Source of the DNA: Trypanosoma brucei
Taxonomy: Eukaryota
Length of the DNA: 64,000 nt
Assembly: GCA_000002445.1 (NCBI GenBank)
Contig: CP000071.1
Location: 2,208,001-2,272,000, forward strand
Direction of reading: 5' to 3'
Shown here: piece by piece, positions 63,401-64,000 of the stretch
How the letters are laid out: every line of letters starts with the position of its first letter
Position numbering within the stretch: position 1 is the stretch's first letter
Made by a program: the position numbers and the translations under genes
The notes under the pieces: model-generated
The model's input: only the letters and a program-made list of their open reading frames with translations
The model's database searches: none
What the model was told of the DNA's origin: nothing

Positions 63401-64000
63401 GCAACAGCTCGGGCCGGCACAGTCGCCGTTATCGCCCCCCAGGCGGTCGCGCACTGGTGATGTGCGGTCTCGACACACTTTTGGCGCTGTGGGCGGCAGA
63501 CTTGAAGTGTCGGAAAGTGGCGCCGGCATCCGCCGATTGCCGCTGCCCTCTGTTGTTGACATCATATCTTGTTCAGCACTGGGTGCGCTTAATCACAAGA
63601 GCTTCTCGATGGATCATCGTGCAGCTCCAGCCAGCGCACTTTCATCATGCTCTCCGCCGTGTTTCACCTACACCATAAGAGCTGTTGCACCTTGCACTAA
63701 TCTTCTTGTGGGACTTTCTGACGCGCAGTTGCCCCTTGAGGTGTTTTCCCCGGCGCTGAACTCCTTGTCATACCCAAACTGTTATTTCCTTCACTTGGGT
63801 CGCGGGACGCTGTATTGCCCTCGGCTCTCCATGGCTGATGTGCCGTATCCTAGTTTTATGTGCTCAGGCCCCATACTCGTGGATGAGGAGGTTACGTGTG
63901 TTCTGGACGTGGCTGCCCGGACCATTCGGTTTGTGCGGAGTGGTGTGGACTGTGGCGTCGCCTTCAACGATGTGGAGGTTTCGCTTCCACTCTGTCCAGC
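60441..64000 (+). CDS. Large coiled-coil protein, 3' end beyond the window (over 1186 aa); Ser/Thr-rich N-terminus, Q/P-rich linker with an (SQ)7 repeat, long heptad-repeat region
   Basis: I translated frame 0 by hand and found it open from the stop at 60399-60401 to the window end; the first ATG is at 60441. No plus-strand ORF in this frame appears in the ORF track, consistent with no stop before the window end. 61212-62280 encodes a typical coiled coil (EREWRLMERQLQDARAAETRAVEEARATAERVRALEGQL...). The CAGTCG repeat at 61092-61133 encodes (SQ)n. The last complete codon ends at 63998. Confidence 0.75.
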   Translation, partial: MSTPIGSRSRTHSIRRESAASLPQSTTCSSDSTSPPRAVPTDGTVMWSGSDRTVIGNEVAVGDVSACSGDSCKKSGGDRSFASYASGTSYVDCSGIGAVAKRSCVEEEAFQRGRIYLQQLESWKNLRVQALQEQPGSLACSRSASLRSLSTATRQEVVLFSPPRRQRQQQLLSTSPQLQQEATSPQPQPQPQLSPPPSPAKQAQPQLARPQLQQQPKSQSQSQSQSQSQSPQLSQPQRPFNSRRPGDSEWGGAHLLEKYYEGEVRRVAQRGQRLQEREWRLMERQLQDARAAETRAVEEARATAERVRALEGQLHAAQQALAGVSASGREALEDLQLRDRQVEVLSIEVERLRMENMTIAVERRKVESLMKERVGELEAAAEASRQTEATLAARLQEAQYELSGHHQVLRERDEALCRESQSHQLVEERVAEMERQLKEATSLVDGERQEARRQAKRQAKALQQSQARCEELQRRYKEKERELTEQAERYEEILAARDASAASTTAQIEKEVDGYRRQYRELQQQLLQERVAMAAVAETQRAEVLRLRRTLNALQEELLLEAEDSRGSLAASRKHLQGELARGRHAEALLREASAEVARLRTTVADLQQKQHGSEGVLHDSPAQLSPKQKQTKKQRQKQRQRHDPPLPEDEPVPLPGDTTSLLLNECDDVNNDDRSTHHHDSYHCNGGGHNPQQFLFPCKKGDDGEERSPSVRNGTVPHAVDRPSSSLSRGEQENAQANGETAPSPEPSYTCTESATSDLVKCIEERLEPHLAALQTKVVDAVSALTSAGGYGVPEEQPQQPHDDKYQLTHLVNSPPTRRGTAPQVADAALTLGCVVKLLEAVSTLNVVLPYFESLSYQAAADGVLRGMDKRLVECLQQQQRLLRFAMQKIDEGRGQGGSPPASNVLSASNVAIGDPLIPALTVALEERLETLLAMADLSNWAGPSSDPATVSTHPQFEEAGNASVSAEPMALRQVTPSSRDEDHALQQLGPAQSPLSPPRRSRTGDVRSRHTFGAVGGRLEVSESGAGIRRLPLPSVVDIISCSALGALNHKSFSMDHRAAPASALSSCSPPCFTYTIRAVAPCTNLLVGLSDAQLPLEVFSPALNSLSYPNCYFLHLGRGTLYCPRLSMADVPYPSFMCSGPILVDEEVTCVLDVAARTIRFVRSGVDCGVAFNDVEVSLPLCP

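Noticed and set aside
1-64000. Search for spliced-leader RNA, tRNA and rRNA genes
   Set aside because: No T-loop-like GGTTCGA/GTTCAA contexts with a tRNA architecture, no SL exon-like AACGCTATTATTGATACAGTTTCTGTACTATATTG, and no rRNA-like conserved stretches were seen by eye. A covariance-model scan is still needed to be sure.

Overview
This 64-kb window looks like trypanosomatid nuclear DNA, most likely a Trypanosoma species. The evidence is intron-less genes packed on one strand, polypyrimidine tracts followed by AG upstream of each start codon, composite (CA)n(TA)n microsatellites in the intergenic spacers, and a tandem array of amino-acid-transporter genes. I cannot assign the species from the sequence alone.

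Layout:
- 1-24000: a plus-strand gene block. It holds a recombining array of amino-acid transporter (AAT/AAAP) genes: two paralogs (A and B) in tandem ~4-kb units, two 3' gene fragments, and clear gene-conversion tracts. It also holds a tandem pair of unknown single-pass membrane proteins, a LAG1/TLC ceramide synthase and a third, divergent AAT gene.
- 24000-27000: a convergent strand-switch. It contains a 147-bp hairpin-rich tandem satellite interrupted by a 61-N assembly gap, and a single minus-strand C2H2 zinc-finger gene that appears frameshifted.
- 27000-38500: ~11.5 kb with no convincing ORF on either strand. It includes a GC-rich block, a run of ten Gs and long polypurine tracts, and may be a divergent strand-switch or transcription-start zone.
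- 38545 to the end: a second plus-strand block. It carries three dispersed paralogs of an unrecognised large protein family with a conserved, predicted N-myristoylated N-terminus (MGAxPSRE...IPLxxE[FY]FPSxxC), a divergent aldehyde-dehydrogenase-like protein, a small protein with tandem LSD1-type zinc fingers and a poly-Asp tail, and a long coiled-coil protein that runs off the window end.

No rRNA, tRNA, spliced-leader RNA or CRISPR array was found. All functional calls rest on motif recognition by eye, not on database searches.
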